From: Acidobacteriota bacterium | Lineage (GTDB): Bacteria; Acidobacteriota; UBA6911 | Length of the DNA stretch: 64,000 nt | Assembly: GCA_963664705.1 (NCBI GenBank) | Contig: OY761556.1 | Location: 5,152,001-5,216,000 of the forward strand | Direction: 5' to 3' | Shown here: positions 18,137 to 26,878 of the stretch, in pieces | Numbering within the stretch: the first letter of the stretch is position 1 | Layout: each line of letters begins with the position of its first letter | Translations under genes and position numbers: made by a program | Notes under the pieces: model-generated | The model's database searches: none | The model's input: only the letters and a program-made list of their open reading frames with translations | What the model was told of the DNA's origin: nothing

Positions 18137-18406
18137 CTATTTCGGCTTGAATAAAGGCATCTTTTCCAAGGGTAGGCCGTTGGTGAAGGTTATGTCGTAT
18201 CCTTCACGCTCGGCCCTGGCCCTGGCTTTCTTTTCAATTTCACTCCAATGCTGACGAACTGCCTTATCGAGCGATCCATCCCGAGCCCGTCCATGGAATC
18301 GGCCGCCACACATGCAGTCACAATCCAACCCTGTTGCGTTGTGGCATTTGTCGTCGCAGCGGCCCTTGATTCCATCGGAGTTTCCCCAGGACATGAGAGT
18401 TGTCAT
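18137..18406 (-). CDS. Cys-rich putative metal-binding phage protein
   Basis: CDDKCHNATGLDCDCMCGGRFHG motif; ATGA overlap with the upstream stop. Confidence 0.65.
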   Translation of the reverse strand: MTTLMSWGNSDGIKGRCDDKCHNATGLDCDCMCGGRFHGRARDGSLDKAVRQHWSEIEKKARARAEREGYDITFTNGLPLEKMPLFKPK

Positions 18407-18879
18407 AAAACCCTGTTCAGTTTTGGCAGCGATCCAAACTTTCTTGCGTCAAACCGGACGGATAATTGAGCCACCAGTTCATCGATCGACAGCGCGACAA
18501 AATCAGCCAGCTTGTACATCAATTCAGGCTCGCAGGGCCCATTAAGCAGGACTCCAGTTATCTGTCCGTCACCGATCGCGTATCCGAGTTCCAGGTGAGC
18601 CGATCGGCCACAGGGCATAACAAGAATGGTTGCGTCCGCACCATAAAGATTCACGTAATCGTTCCAATATCCTTCCTGGGCAATCGGGTGCTCCAGCGCG
18701 TCTTTGAATTTCTCCGGACCCCAGCACTTCCATTCCGGATCGATTTCGCTCCAGTGAAAACCGTTGTTACCTGGTGCGGGATTTTTGAAGTCGTAAACCT
18801 CGTGACCTTCCTTCCTGAGAGCACGAACAACTTCCGGCTGATGTTCGCATCTCCAGGAGGAAGCTACATAAATTCGCAA
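18403..18879 (-). CDS. Nucleoside 2-deoxyribosyltransferase-like protein
   Basis: IYVASSW N-terminus and ADATILVMPCGRSAHLELGYA motif; TTG start at 18879 with GGAGG SD. Confidence 0.7.
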   Translation of the reverse strand: MRIYVASSWRCEHQPEVVRALRKEGHEVYDFKNPAPGNNGFHWSEIDPEWKCWGPEKFKDALEHPIAQEGYWNDYVNLYGADATILVMPCGRSAHLELGYAIGDGQITGVLLNGPCEPELMYKLADFVALSIDELVAQLSVRFDARKFGSLPKLNRVL

Positions 18880-19099
18880 ACTAACCTCCCTCGAAAAATC
18901 GCGATTCATCCGAGTGTTTCCAAAGAAATTTCCGAACAGGATGAATAACTTTATTCATATGTTTTTAATGGCACTTACGTGCCGTTTTGTGACGTGCGCG
19001 AGGCCGTATTCATTCCCACTCGGGGCCAAATGAGGGCCAAATTTTTTCGACGTTTATAGAATTGAAATGGAGAATCGAGGCAAGTTGTTGATTCTGCAA

Positions 19100-19185
19100 T
19101 GCCGGGGATGGGAATTGAACCCACACGTTCCTTGCGGAACCCAGGATTTTAAGTCCTGTGCGTCTGCCAGTTTCGCCACCCCGGC
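19100..19185 (-). tRNA. tRNA-Leu (anticodon TAA)
   Basis: GCCGGGG/CCCCGGC acceptor stem, CAGGA-CTTAAAA-TCCTG anticodon arm, long variable arm, GGTTCAATTCC T-arm; CCA not encoded. Confidence 0.97.
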
Positions 19186-19363
19186 ACATTTACACGCTTA
19201 AGTGCAGTAATCAAAGCTACACTGTTCCCCTTTCCTATTCAACAGGTTCGGGGAAAATTCGTGCAAGAGGGTCCTCCTGCCCAAACCACTTCGCGCTTCG
19301 CCAATCTCCCATGTATAATCGGCCCAACTCCCGGAAAGAACTGGAAGACTCAAAGGAGAACGA

Positions 19364-20605
19364 ATGAACGCAGACACCGAAAAGAGCTCAGAGCAGTTGC
19401 GGTCTGAAAGGCAGAAACGCATGGCGGACGCCGTCGCGCTGAAAACGCCGGACCGCGTCCCCATTTCCCTCGGCCTCAATTACTTCCCCGCCAAATTCGC
19501 CGGCACCACAACATGGGCCGCATTTTACGACTGGCCCGCGTGGAAAGAGGCCTATATCAAAGCCGCCCAGTATTACCAGCCCGACAGACTGCTCGTTGTC
19601 CTGAACCAGTCCGGGAACGTGCTCGAGGCGCTCGACAGCAAACAGTTCCGCTGGCCCGGCCACGGCGTCTCCAAATACCACACACACCAGTTCGTCGAAG
19701 GGGAATACATGAAGCAGGAAGAGTACGACCACCTGCTGACCGACCCCTCCGATTTCCTCGTCCGCTGCTACCTGCCGCGTACCTATGGAGCCCTGACACC
19801 AACCGGCAAACTTCCCCCGCTGAACATGCTGATCAACACGCTCCCCTTCGGCACGCTCGGGTCCGAAGAATTCGCGGACATGATGGAAAAACTCGCAAAG
19901 ACCGCGCGCGAAGCGGTCCAGTGGCAAAAGCAGACGTTTGCCATCATCGATGAACTTACAAAACTCGGACACTTCTGCCCGGTCACCCTGATGGCAGGCG
20001 CTCCCTTCGATGTCGTTTCCGATTTCCTGCGCGGCATGCGCGGCGCCATGCTCGATATGTACCGCTGCCCCGACAAGCTGCTGCAAGCCTGCGAAATGAT
20101 GACCAAAATCCAGCTCGACCGGATCGCCCAGGCGCCTCCCGCAAAGGAATTTCTTCCGGTCTTCATGCCTCTCCACCGCGGAGCCTACGGATTCATGTCG
20201 CTGAAGCAGTTCGAGATCTTCTACTGGCCGTTCCTGAAGCGCGTCTGCCATGCTCTCATTGAGAGGGGATATACGCCGGATCTCTTCTTCGAAGGCAACT
20301 ATACTTCGCGCCTGGAGTACATTGCAGAACTGCCGAAGGGAAAAGCGATCGCGCGCTTTGACGTTTGCGACATGGCCCGCGCAAAGGAAATCCTCGGCGG
20401 CAAGGTCTGCATCGCCGGCAATATGCCCGTTTCCGCGCTGCAGGTCGGAACCATCGACGATGTGAAGCGGATCACCAAAGAACAGATCGATACCTGCGCG
20501 AAAGACGGCGGCTACATTATGGCGCCCGCGTCGGCTTTGGATGAAGTGAATCCGGAGAATATGAAAGCCTGGATCGATTTTACGAAGGAATACGGCAAGT
20601 ACTAG
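19364..20605 (+). CDS. Uroporphyrinogen decarboxylase-family protein (MtaA/CmuA-like cobamide methyltransferase)
   Basis: PDRVP, APFDVVSDFLRG, FMSLKQFEIFYWP, CIAGN and GGYIM motifs. Confidence 0.85.
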   Translation: MNADTEKSSEQLRSERQKRMADAVALKTPDRVPISLGLNYFPAKFAGTTTWAAFYDWPAWKEAYIKAAQYYQPDRLLVVLNQSGNVLEALDSKQFRWPGHGVSKYHTHQFVEGEYMKQEEYDHLLTDPSDFLVRCYLPRTYGALTPTGKLPPLNMLINTLPFGTLGSEEFADMMEKLAKTAREAVQWQKQTFAIIDELTKLGHFCPVTLMAGAPFDVVSDFLRGMRGAMLDMYRCPDKLLQACEMMTKIQLDRIAQAPPAKEFLPVFMPLHRGAYGFMSLKQFEIFYWPFLKRVCHALIERGYTPDLFFEGNYTSRLEYIAELPKGKAIARFDVCDMARAKEILGGKVCIAGNMPVSALQVGTIDDVKRITKEQIDTCAKDGGYIMAPASALDEVNPENMKAWIDFTKEYGKY

Positions 20606-20611
20606 GAAGCC

Positions 20612-20664
20612 GCCACGAATTCCACTAACCTCACCTAGCTCCATGAATTAGTGGAATTCGTGGC
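20612..20664. repeat. 17-bp perfect inverted repeat (REP-like) between convergent genes
   Basis: GCCACGAATTCCACTAA ... TTAGTGGAATTCGTGGC. Confidence 0.85.
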
Positions 20665-20671
20665 ACAATGA

Positions 20672-22276
20672 TCAGGCGCCAAACTGAATGACCGAGTACG
20701 AGCGGGCGGGAAGCTGCAACACGGTTTTCCCGCCGCTTGTCTTCCCCGGCTCGAAGGACTGCGGCACTACCTTCTTCGGGCTTTCGAAACTGTTCACAGC
20801 CTTCAAATCCGTTCCCGTCAATACCTGCGAGAATTGAACTCTTTGCGGCGCACCTTCGCGCCAGACCAGTTCCACATCGCGCGGTTTTTCCAGGTCCCGA
20901 TTCAGGATAAACACACTCACCGATCCATCCTTTTCCATCGTGGCCGAAGCATCGATGTAGGGCACGGGCGAGATTCCCCGAACCGCGTAGGTCGGCGATT
21001 CCACCGCGAGGTCCAGCACTTCGCCACGCGCACATTGCAGCGCCCATGCATAGGGATAGTAGATGCTGTGAAGGAAGAGCCCGTCCGGATTCGTCGTGAT
21101 CGGGGCGATCACATTTACCAATTGGGCCAGGCAGGCGACGTGCACACGCTCCGCCGAGCGCATCAGGGAATTGAGAAAACCGCCTACCAGCAACGCATCT
21201 TCCAGGTTGTACACTTCCTCCAGCAGCTTCGGCGCCCGCTGACGCTGCCCATCCCCTCCGCGCGCCCGGTACCAGACGTTCCACTCATCGAAGGAAAGCC
21301 ACAGCTTCTTGCGGGAGCGTTTGCGCGCCCTGACGTAATCGCAAACGCCAACGACTTCCGCTATCTGGTTTTCCATTTCCAGGTTGAACGAAAGAAACCT
21401 GGAGGTGTCGCCGGCCGCGCCGGTTTCCTCCGCGTCATTGCGGTAGTAGCAGTGGAGCGAGATGCCATCCACAAGGTCGTAGCACTCTTCGAGCATTTCC
21501 CGGTCCCACTCCAAATAGGTCGCCATCCCGGGACCGCTCGAGCCGCAGGCGATCAGCTGCACCGAGGGATCGACCATGCGCATCTGGTTGGCACAGTCGC
21601 GCGCCTTCCGGCCGTATTCGCGCGAAGTCATGTGGCCGATCTGCCACGGGCCATCCATTTCGTTTCCGAGACACCACCACTTCACATTGTGCGGTTTCTC
21701 TACTCCGTGCTGGCGTCGCAGATCGCTCCAGCGCGTCCCCTTCTCCATGTTGCAGTACTCAACCAGCGCCGCCGCCATCTCGGCCGTGCCGGTTCCAAGA
21801 TTCATCCCCATCAATGGCTCGGAGTTGACCGCCCGGCACCATTCCATGAATTCATTGGTCCCAAACTGGTTCGGCTCAATCGTATTCCATGCTTTATCAA
21901 GAACCACCGGCCGCTTGTCTTTCGGTCCGACGCCATCGAGCCAGTTATACCCCGATACAAAGTTGCCGCCGGGATAGCGGATGACCGGAACCTGCAGCTT
22001 CTTCACTGCCTCCAGCACATCCTTCCGGAAGCCGTTGGCATCTGCAAGCTTCGAGCCCGGCTCATAAACTCCACCGTACACAGAACGACCCAGGTGCTCG
22101 ATAAATGATCCGAATACCTTCCGGTCCAGAGGCGCAATTTTCTGCGCGGGATCGATATAAATCCGGGCCGACGACCCTCCGGCCGGAGCTGCTGCCAGCC
22201 CGCCAACCCAGCGGCCCGCCGCCAGCGCCGTTCCTGCAATGGAAGCCTGCTTCAGAAATGCTCTTCTTGATGACAT
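20672..22276 (-). CDS. abfA: Alpha-L-arabinofuranosidase, GH51, with Tat signal peptide
   Basis: FIEHLGR, RYPGGNF, LGNEMDG and FDEWNVW motifs; SRRAFLK twin-arginine. Confidence 0.93.
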   Translation of the reverse strand: MSSRRAFLKQASIAGTALAAGRWVGGLAAAPAGGSSARIYIDPAQKIAPLDRKVFGSFIEHLGRSVYGGVYEPGSKLADANGFRKDVLEAVKKLQVPVIRYPGGNFVSGYNWLDGVGPKDKRPVVLDKAWNTIEPNQFGTNEFMEWCRAVNSEPLMGMNLGTGTAEMAAALVEYCNMEKGTRWSDLRRQHGVEKPHNVKWWCLGNEMDGPWQIGHMTSREYGRKARDCANQMRMVDPSVQLIACGSSGPGMATYLEWDREMLEECYDLVDGISLHCYYRNDAEETGAAGDTSRFLSFNLEMENQIAEVVGVCDYVRARKRSRKKLWLSFDEWNVWYRARGGDGQRQRAPKLLEEVYNLEDALLVGGFLNSLMRSAERVHVACLAQLVNVIAPITTNPDGLFLHSIYYPYAWALQCARGEVLDLAVESPTYAVRGISPVPYIDASATMEKDGSVSVFILNRDLEKPRDVELVWREGAPQRVQFSQVLTGTDLKAVNSFESPKKVVPQSFEPGKTSGGKTVLQLPARSYSVIQFGA

Positions 22277-22505
22277 GCGGTCATTTCCTCCAATGTCGGA
22301 ATTTTGGGATGCATCTATAGCATATATAAATGTAGCGGCGATTCTAGCACGCCTGCACCCGCCCAGGTTCGCGAATTTGGCCGACGGCTATTTTGGCAAC
22401 AGATTCCCCGAATTCACACAAATGTGTTATGATATCCGGCTTTTATTTGGAGAAATATTGTACTGGTAGTAAGGAAATCGCAATGCTGGATTAAGGCACC
22501 TGCAA

Positions 22506-22577
22506 ATTTACGAATGACGATTTACGATGGACGATTGAACCCTTCCAGTCATCCATCGCAAATCGTCACTCGCAAAT
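22506..22577. repeat. Inverted heptamer tandem repeats (ATTTACG-like) in the MFS leader
   Basis: Four 7-bp units followed by their imperfect reverse complement. Confidence 0.7.
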
Positions 22578-22613
22578 CCTCAAAGTTCCCCAGCTGTTCA
22601 TTTGAGAAAATAT

Positions 22614-23867
22614 ATGTCTACGATCGCAGTACCAGATTTATCTCAGGAAATAAAGGATCGCAAACTACCGGCCGGTTTTAGCATGGCCGGTGTAACCTTT
22701 GTCCTTGCAGCACTTTCATGGATCGGTCCATTCTCGATCGATACCTATCTCCCTTCGCTTCCGTCTATCAGCCACACGTTTAATGCGCCGCAAGGACAGG
22801 TGCAGCAAACCGTAACGGCATTCCTGGTTTTCTTTGCCGTTATGTCCCTATGGCATGGCGCCATTTCTGACGCCTATGGACGGCGTCGGCTGACAATCAT
22901 ATCGCTTTCCATTTTCTTTCTCGCTTCCCTGGGATGCGCCTTATCCATGAATGTGCATTTTTTGATGTTCTTCAGGGCACTGCAGGGAGCAACGGCCGGC
23001 ACCGGCATGGTCGTGGGCCGAGCCGTGGTACGCGATCTTTTTGAAGGACCCGCGGCTCAGAGGCTGATGTCGCACGTGGCCACTATCTTCACCATTGCGC
23101 CGGTCGTTGCACCGGTCCTGGGTGGATGGCTTCAAGTGTGGTTCGGATGGAGGTCGGTCTTCTATTTCATGGCCAGCCTGGCGGCCATTATCCTGGTGTG
23201 TTGCTGGAAGTTCCTCCCGGAAACCCTATCGCAGGAAAACCGCCACCCGCTGGAGGTGATGTATCTGATCCGCTCTTACTGGAGCGTTCTGACACAGCCG
23301 GCCTTTCTCATGGCCTGCGGATCGATGGCTTTCACCAGTGCCGGGTTCTTCATTTATATAGTCGCGGCTCCCGTATTCCTGATGAAACACCTCGGGCTGC
23401 GCGAAACCCAGTTCCTCTGGCTCTTTCTCCCCAACTCCATCGGAATGGTGATCGGCGCCTGGATTTCGGGGCGCTGCGCCGGCAGAATTTCGGGCAACCA
23501 GACTATTTACCTGGGATATTCCGTGATGACGATCGCGGCCGTCGGCAATGTGCTGTTGAACACGTTTTTCCGGCCGATGCTTCCGTGGACATTTCTCCCG
23601 ATCCTCGTGTACGTGATCGGAATGTCGATTGCGATGCCGAGCCTGACCCTGCTGACGCTGGATCTTTTCCCCTCGCAACGAGGCCTCGCGGCTTCCTGCC
23701 AGGGATTCATCAGCCTGGCCGCCAATTCGGCCGTCTCAGCGTTTATCGCTCTCGCATGGGGATCGACTCTCACGCTGGCAACCACGGAATTAGTCATGCT
23801 GCTGGCCGGCGTGATCACCGTCCTGCTCTATATCAAGGCTATGCGGAAGATTGTCCCGGAAAGCTAG
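22614..23867 (+). CDS. Bcr/CflA-family MFS efflux transporter
   Basis: IDTYLPSLP and GAISDAYGRR motifs; about 12 hydrophobic segments. Confidence 0.9.
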   Translation: MSTIAVPDLSQEIKDRKLPAGFSMAGVTFVLAALSWIGPFSIDTYLPSLPSISHTFNAPQGQVQQTVTAFLVFFAVMSLWHGAISDAYGRRRLTIISLSIFFLASLGCALSMNVHFLMFFRALQGATAGTGMVVGRAVVRDLFEGPAAQRLMSHVATIFTIAPVVAPVLGGWLQVWFGWRSVFYFMASLAAIILVCCWKFLPETLSQENRHPLEVMYLIRSYWSVLTQPAFLMACGSMAFTSAGFFIYIVAAPVFLMKHLGLRETQFLWLFLPNSIGMVIGAWISGRCAGRISGNQTIYLGYSVMTIAAVGNVLLNTFFRPMLPWTFLPILVYVIGMSIAMPSLTLLTLDLFPSQRGLAASCQGFISLAANSAVSAFIALAWGSTLTLATTELVMLLAGVITVLLYIKAMRKIVPES

Positions 23868-23900
23868 AGGCGTATCCGTGAATTAGGATTTGCCCCCGCT

Positions 23901-24659
23901 CTACGATACAAAAGCTGCATACGCGGACTTGGCGAAGTCGCCAAGCTTCTCGTGCACCACGACCTTGGCCATTCTGTCGTATGCAGTCTTCTCGAGATTC
24001 ACAATGACAAGTGCCGCACCGTTCGAAGCCGCGATCAGCGGCAGTTCGGCGGCCGGATATACCACCAGCGAAGAACCGAAGACCAGCATACAATCGCATT
24101 CCGAGGCTGCTTCGGCGGCCCCGTCCCACGCGTCCTCCGGCAACAGATCTTCAAAAAGAACAATATCGGGCTTGATGGAGGTGACGCATTTGGGGCAAAG
24201 CGGCACCTTCAGTTCCCCACTCTGGATTTGCGAATAAAAACCCGCCATCTGAAACCGGTCGAAGCACTCCGGGCAGTGTCCCGTATGATAGGTTCCGTGA
24301 AGCTCATAAACCGTTTTCGAGCCCGCAGCCTGGTGCAGACCGTCGATATTCTGCGTCACGACAGCCTGGAGTTTCCCCATCTCTTCCAGCTGCACCAGCA
24401 ACCTGTGCGCCAGAGTCGGCTGGGCCTGGCCGATCGTGGAAAAGAGGTTCATGCTGCTCCGGTAAAACCCTTCGGGATCCCGTTTGAAGCCGGAGAGGGA
24501 CAACTGCTCCATGAGAGCGGAATCCTCCCACAGACCGCCCGAACTCCTGAAATCGGGAATCCCCGCCTCCGTGCTGATTCCTGCTCCGGAAAGCGCAACA
24601 ATTCGATTGGATTTTCGGATGATGCTGATCGCCTGCTCAGTCTCGACCGTGGTTGTCAT
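23901..24659 (-). CDS. cobB: NAD-dependent protein deacylase (sirtuin)
   Basis: GAGISTEAGIPDFR, TQNIDGLH, ELHG, two CxxC and GSSLVVYPAA. Confidence 0.92.
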   Translation of the reverse strand: MTTTVETEQAISIIRKSNRIVALSGAGISTEAGIPDFRSSGGLWEDSALMEQLSLSGFKRDPEGFYRSSMNLFSTIGQAQPTLAHRLLVQLEEMGKLQAVVTQNIDGLHQAAGSKTVYELHGTYHTGHCPECFDRFQMAGFYSQIQSGELKVPLCPKCVTSIKPDIVLFEDLLPEDAWDGAAEAASECDCMLVFGSSLVVYPAAELPLIAASNGAALVIVNLEKTAYDRMAKVVVHEKLGDFAKSAYAAFVS

Positions 24660-24732
24660 GGTCCCAATTATAAATCGGTACCCCGAGGGATTTTGCGGAA
24701 TTCTTCACCACCCCTGTTTTTGGCCACCAATA

Positions 24733-25119
24733 TCACGAATGGCACAGAGGCTGTCCGATGAGCCTTTCCAGTTCGCTGCGCAAGCGTCCAAAATTGATCG
24801 GCTTGGTCAAAACGTCTTCGGCGCCTTCCTTCATCGCCGAAACCGCATCCTCCACGCTCGGATGCGCCGTAAATAGAATGACGGCTATCTCCGGATTTGA
24901 TCTTTTGAGCCGACGCAATAGAGTCAGTCCATCCAGCTTCGGCATGATGACATCCGATAACACCACGCTCGGCTCTCTCATCTTGGTTATCGATAATGCC
25001 TCTTCGCCATCTTCGGCAACCCAGACTCCGTAGCCCCAGGACTCGAGCGCCATCTTCATGACTTCGCGCGCAGAGTTTTCGTCGTCCACCAATAGGACGG
25101 TCTTTAGGGGGTTTAACAT
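24733..25119 (-). CDS. Single-domain response regulator (receiver only)
   Basis: LLVDD, D..MPKLDG, TA and KP motifs. Confidence 0.88.
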   Translation of the reverse strand: MLNPLKTVLLVDDENSAREVMKMALESWGYGVWVAEDGEEALSITKMREPSVVLSDVIMPKLDGLTLLRRLKRSNPEIAVILFTAHPSVEDAVSAMKEGAEDVLTKPINFGRLRSELERLIGQPLCHS

Positions 25120-25182
25120 ATAGATTCCATTCCTGTCCTTATGGCAAGTCCTGCCGCTTCCGGCTGACCGCCTACTGCGTCG

Positions 25183-25198
25183 TGCAAGAGTTGTTCCA
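25183..25198 (-). promoter_or_regulatory. Sigma54 (-24/-12) promoter
   Basis: TGGAAC-AACTC-TTGCA with exact GG-N10-GC spacing, upstream of the receiver gene. Confidence 0.65.
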
Positions 25199-25471
25199 TC
25201 AAATAGAAAACTGTAACTGTAACCATTTAAAGTATTTATTCACAGCGGCCAAAACGGCCGCCCATCCGGGAAAGCGGGAATTATTCCTTGGGGAAAAAGC
25301 CTGGTGTTTTGTAAACAATTGTGGAAAAACGATTTATATCGCAACAGAGAAAAAAAGTAGGGAAAATCTCCCCTCCTGCCCCGGTTCCCGCTATACTTAC
25401 TGGTAAATGTATGGGACCGAATCCCCCCCCGCTTCGGGCACCCTATAAATAAGATTGGAGAATATACAGGC

Positions 25472-26839
25472 GTGAGCACCCGAAGCACGAAAATTCTAGT
25501 TGTTGATGACGAAGCCGCCATGAGGGAAGTCCTTGAAATGCGTCTTCAGGAATGGGGGTTCGAGGTTTGCCTGGCCGGGGATGGAGCGGAAGGCAAGGTA
25601 ATGGCGGAATCGTATGATCCGGACATCGTTATATCGGATGTCATCATGCCGCAGGTATCCGGCATGGAGCTGCTGCGCGCGCTCAAAGCCGGAGATCCCG
25701 ATCGTCCCATCATACTGGTGACCGCCCAGGCCAGTATTGACCTTGCGGTCGATGCCATGAAGCAGGGGGCGCAGGATTTTGTTACAAAGCCCATCGATTA
25801 TCCAAAATTAAGGCTGATCCTCCAGGCGGCCCAGCAGGAAATCGATATGCGGCGCGAGTCGCGACGGCTGGCATCCCAATTGGAGCGCGGCGCGGGTTTC
25901 GGGGATTTCATCGGAACCAGCAAAGCGATGCGGGAGGTATACGAGCTGATCTCGAGCATCGCGACCAGCGACGCCTCCGTGATCATTACGGGAGAAAGCG
26001 GAACCGGCAAGGAGCTCGCGGCACGAACGATCCACGATCTGAGCGCACGATCGAAGGGGCCGTTTATCGCCATCAATGCCGCGGCGATTCCGGAAAACCT
26101 GATGGAAAGCGAGATGTTCGGACATGAGCGCGGCGCTTTCACCGGGGCAACGGGGGTACAGGCGGGCTGTTTCGAACTGGCCAACCATGGAACGCTTTTC
26201 CTGGACGAGATTGCCGAGATGCCGATGCTGCTTCAGCCCAAACTGCTGCGCGTCCTGGAAGATCGGCGTGTCCGGCGAGTCGGGGGCAGCCAGGAATTCC
26301 TGGTGGATGTGCGTGTGCTCGCGGCTACGAACAAAGAACCGCGCGCCGCGGTTGAAAATGGAAAGCTGCGAGAGGATCTGTTTTATCGGCTGAATGTATT
26401 TACAGTTTCGCTCCCGCCGTTGCGCGATCGGAAGGCGGATATCTCCCTGTTGACTCAAGCTTTCATCCAGGAGTTCAATGCCAAACACACGGCTCCGGTG
26501 GAAGCGTGCCGGCCGGAAACCCTTGAGCTTCTGAAGGCCTACTCCTGGCCGGGCAATGTGCGCGAGCTTCGCAATGTGATGGAGCGGGCGGTTATCCTGG
26601 CAAAGGGACCCTGGATCGAGCCCTCGCATCTGCCGGCTTATTTGCTGAATTCACCCGCCGCGGAATCCGGATCCAGGATTGTGCTCCCGATGGGCGTGAC
26701 GGCGGCAGAGGCGGAGAAGGAATTGATTCTCCGGACACTCCGGCAGACGGGAAACAACAAGGCGGAAGCTGCCCGCCAGCTTGGACTGGATGTAAAAACC
26801 ATCCGGAATAAACTCAAAGCCTACGGCATTAACTTATAG
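25472..26839 (+). CDS. Sigma54-dependent response regulator (NtrC family)
   Basis: REC domain, [22 protein letters not shown] and Fis-type HTH. Confidence 0.95.
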   Translation: MSTRSTKILVVDDEAAMREVLEMRLQEWGFEVCLAGDGAEGKVMAESYDPDIVISDVIMPQVSGMELLRALKAGDPDRPIILVTAQASIDLAVDAMKQGAQDFVTKPIDYPKLRLILQAAQQEIDMRRESRRLASQLERGAGFGDFIGTSKAMREVYELISSIATSDASVIITGESGTGKELAARTIHDLSARSKGPFIAINAAAIPENLMESEMFGHERGAFTGATGVQAGCFELANHGTLFLDEIAEMPMLLQPKLLRVLEDRRVRRVGGSQEFLVDVRVLAATNKEPRAAVENGKLREDLFYRLNVFTVSLPPLRDRKADISLLTQAFIQEFNAKHTAPVEACRPETLELLKAYSWPGNVRELRNVMERAVILAKGPWIEPSHLPAYLLNSPAAESGSRIVLPMGVTAAEAEKELILRTLRQTGNNKAEAARQLGLDVKTIRNKLKAYGINL

Positions 26840-26878
26840 TGCTTTTTCGCTGCTCGTTTATTTCGCGGCCCAACCTTC

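Larger units (their letters stand above)
1..19099 (-). mobile_element. Prophage (siphovirus-like, lambda-type packaging and head genes), partial; extends beyond the left edge
   Basis: About 25 co-oriented, tightly packed minus-strand genes in replication-terminase-portal-protease-capsid-tail order, ending next to a tRNA 3' end. Confidence 0.95.

Noticed and set aside
1-19099. Gene transfer agent
   Set aside because: A replication initiator, cos-type terminase and tRNA junction fit a prophage better; GTAs typically package by headful
19388-20644. 418-aa antisense ORF
   Set aside because: Shadow of the URO-D-family gene caused by codon bias; no recognisable motifs
23901-24659. Sir2 as an anti-phage effector
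   Set aside because: Classical stand-alone zinc-binding CobB in a housekeeping context with no defence partners
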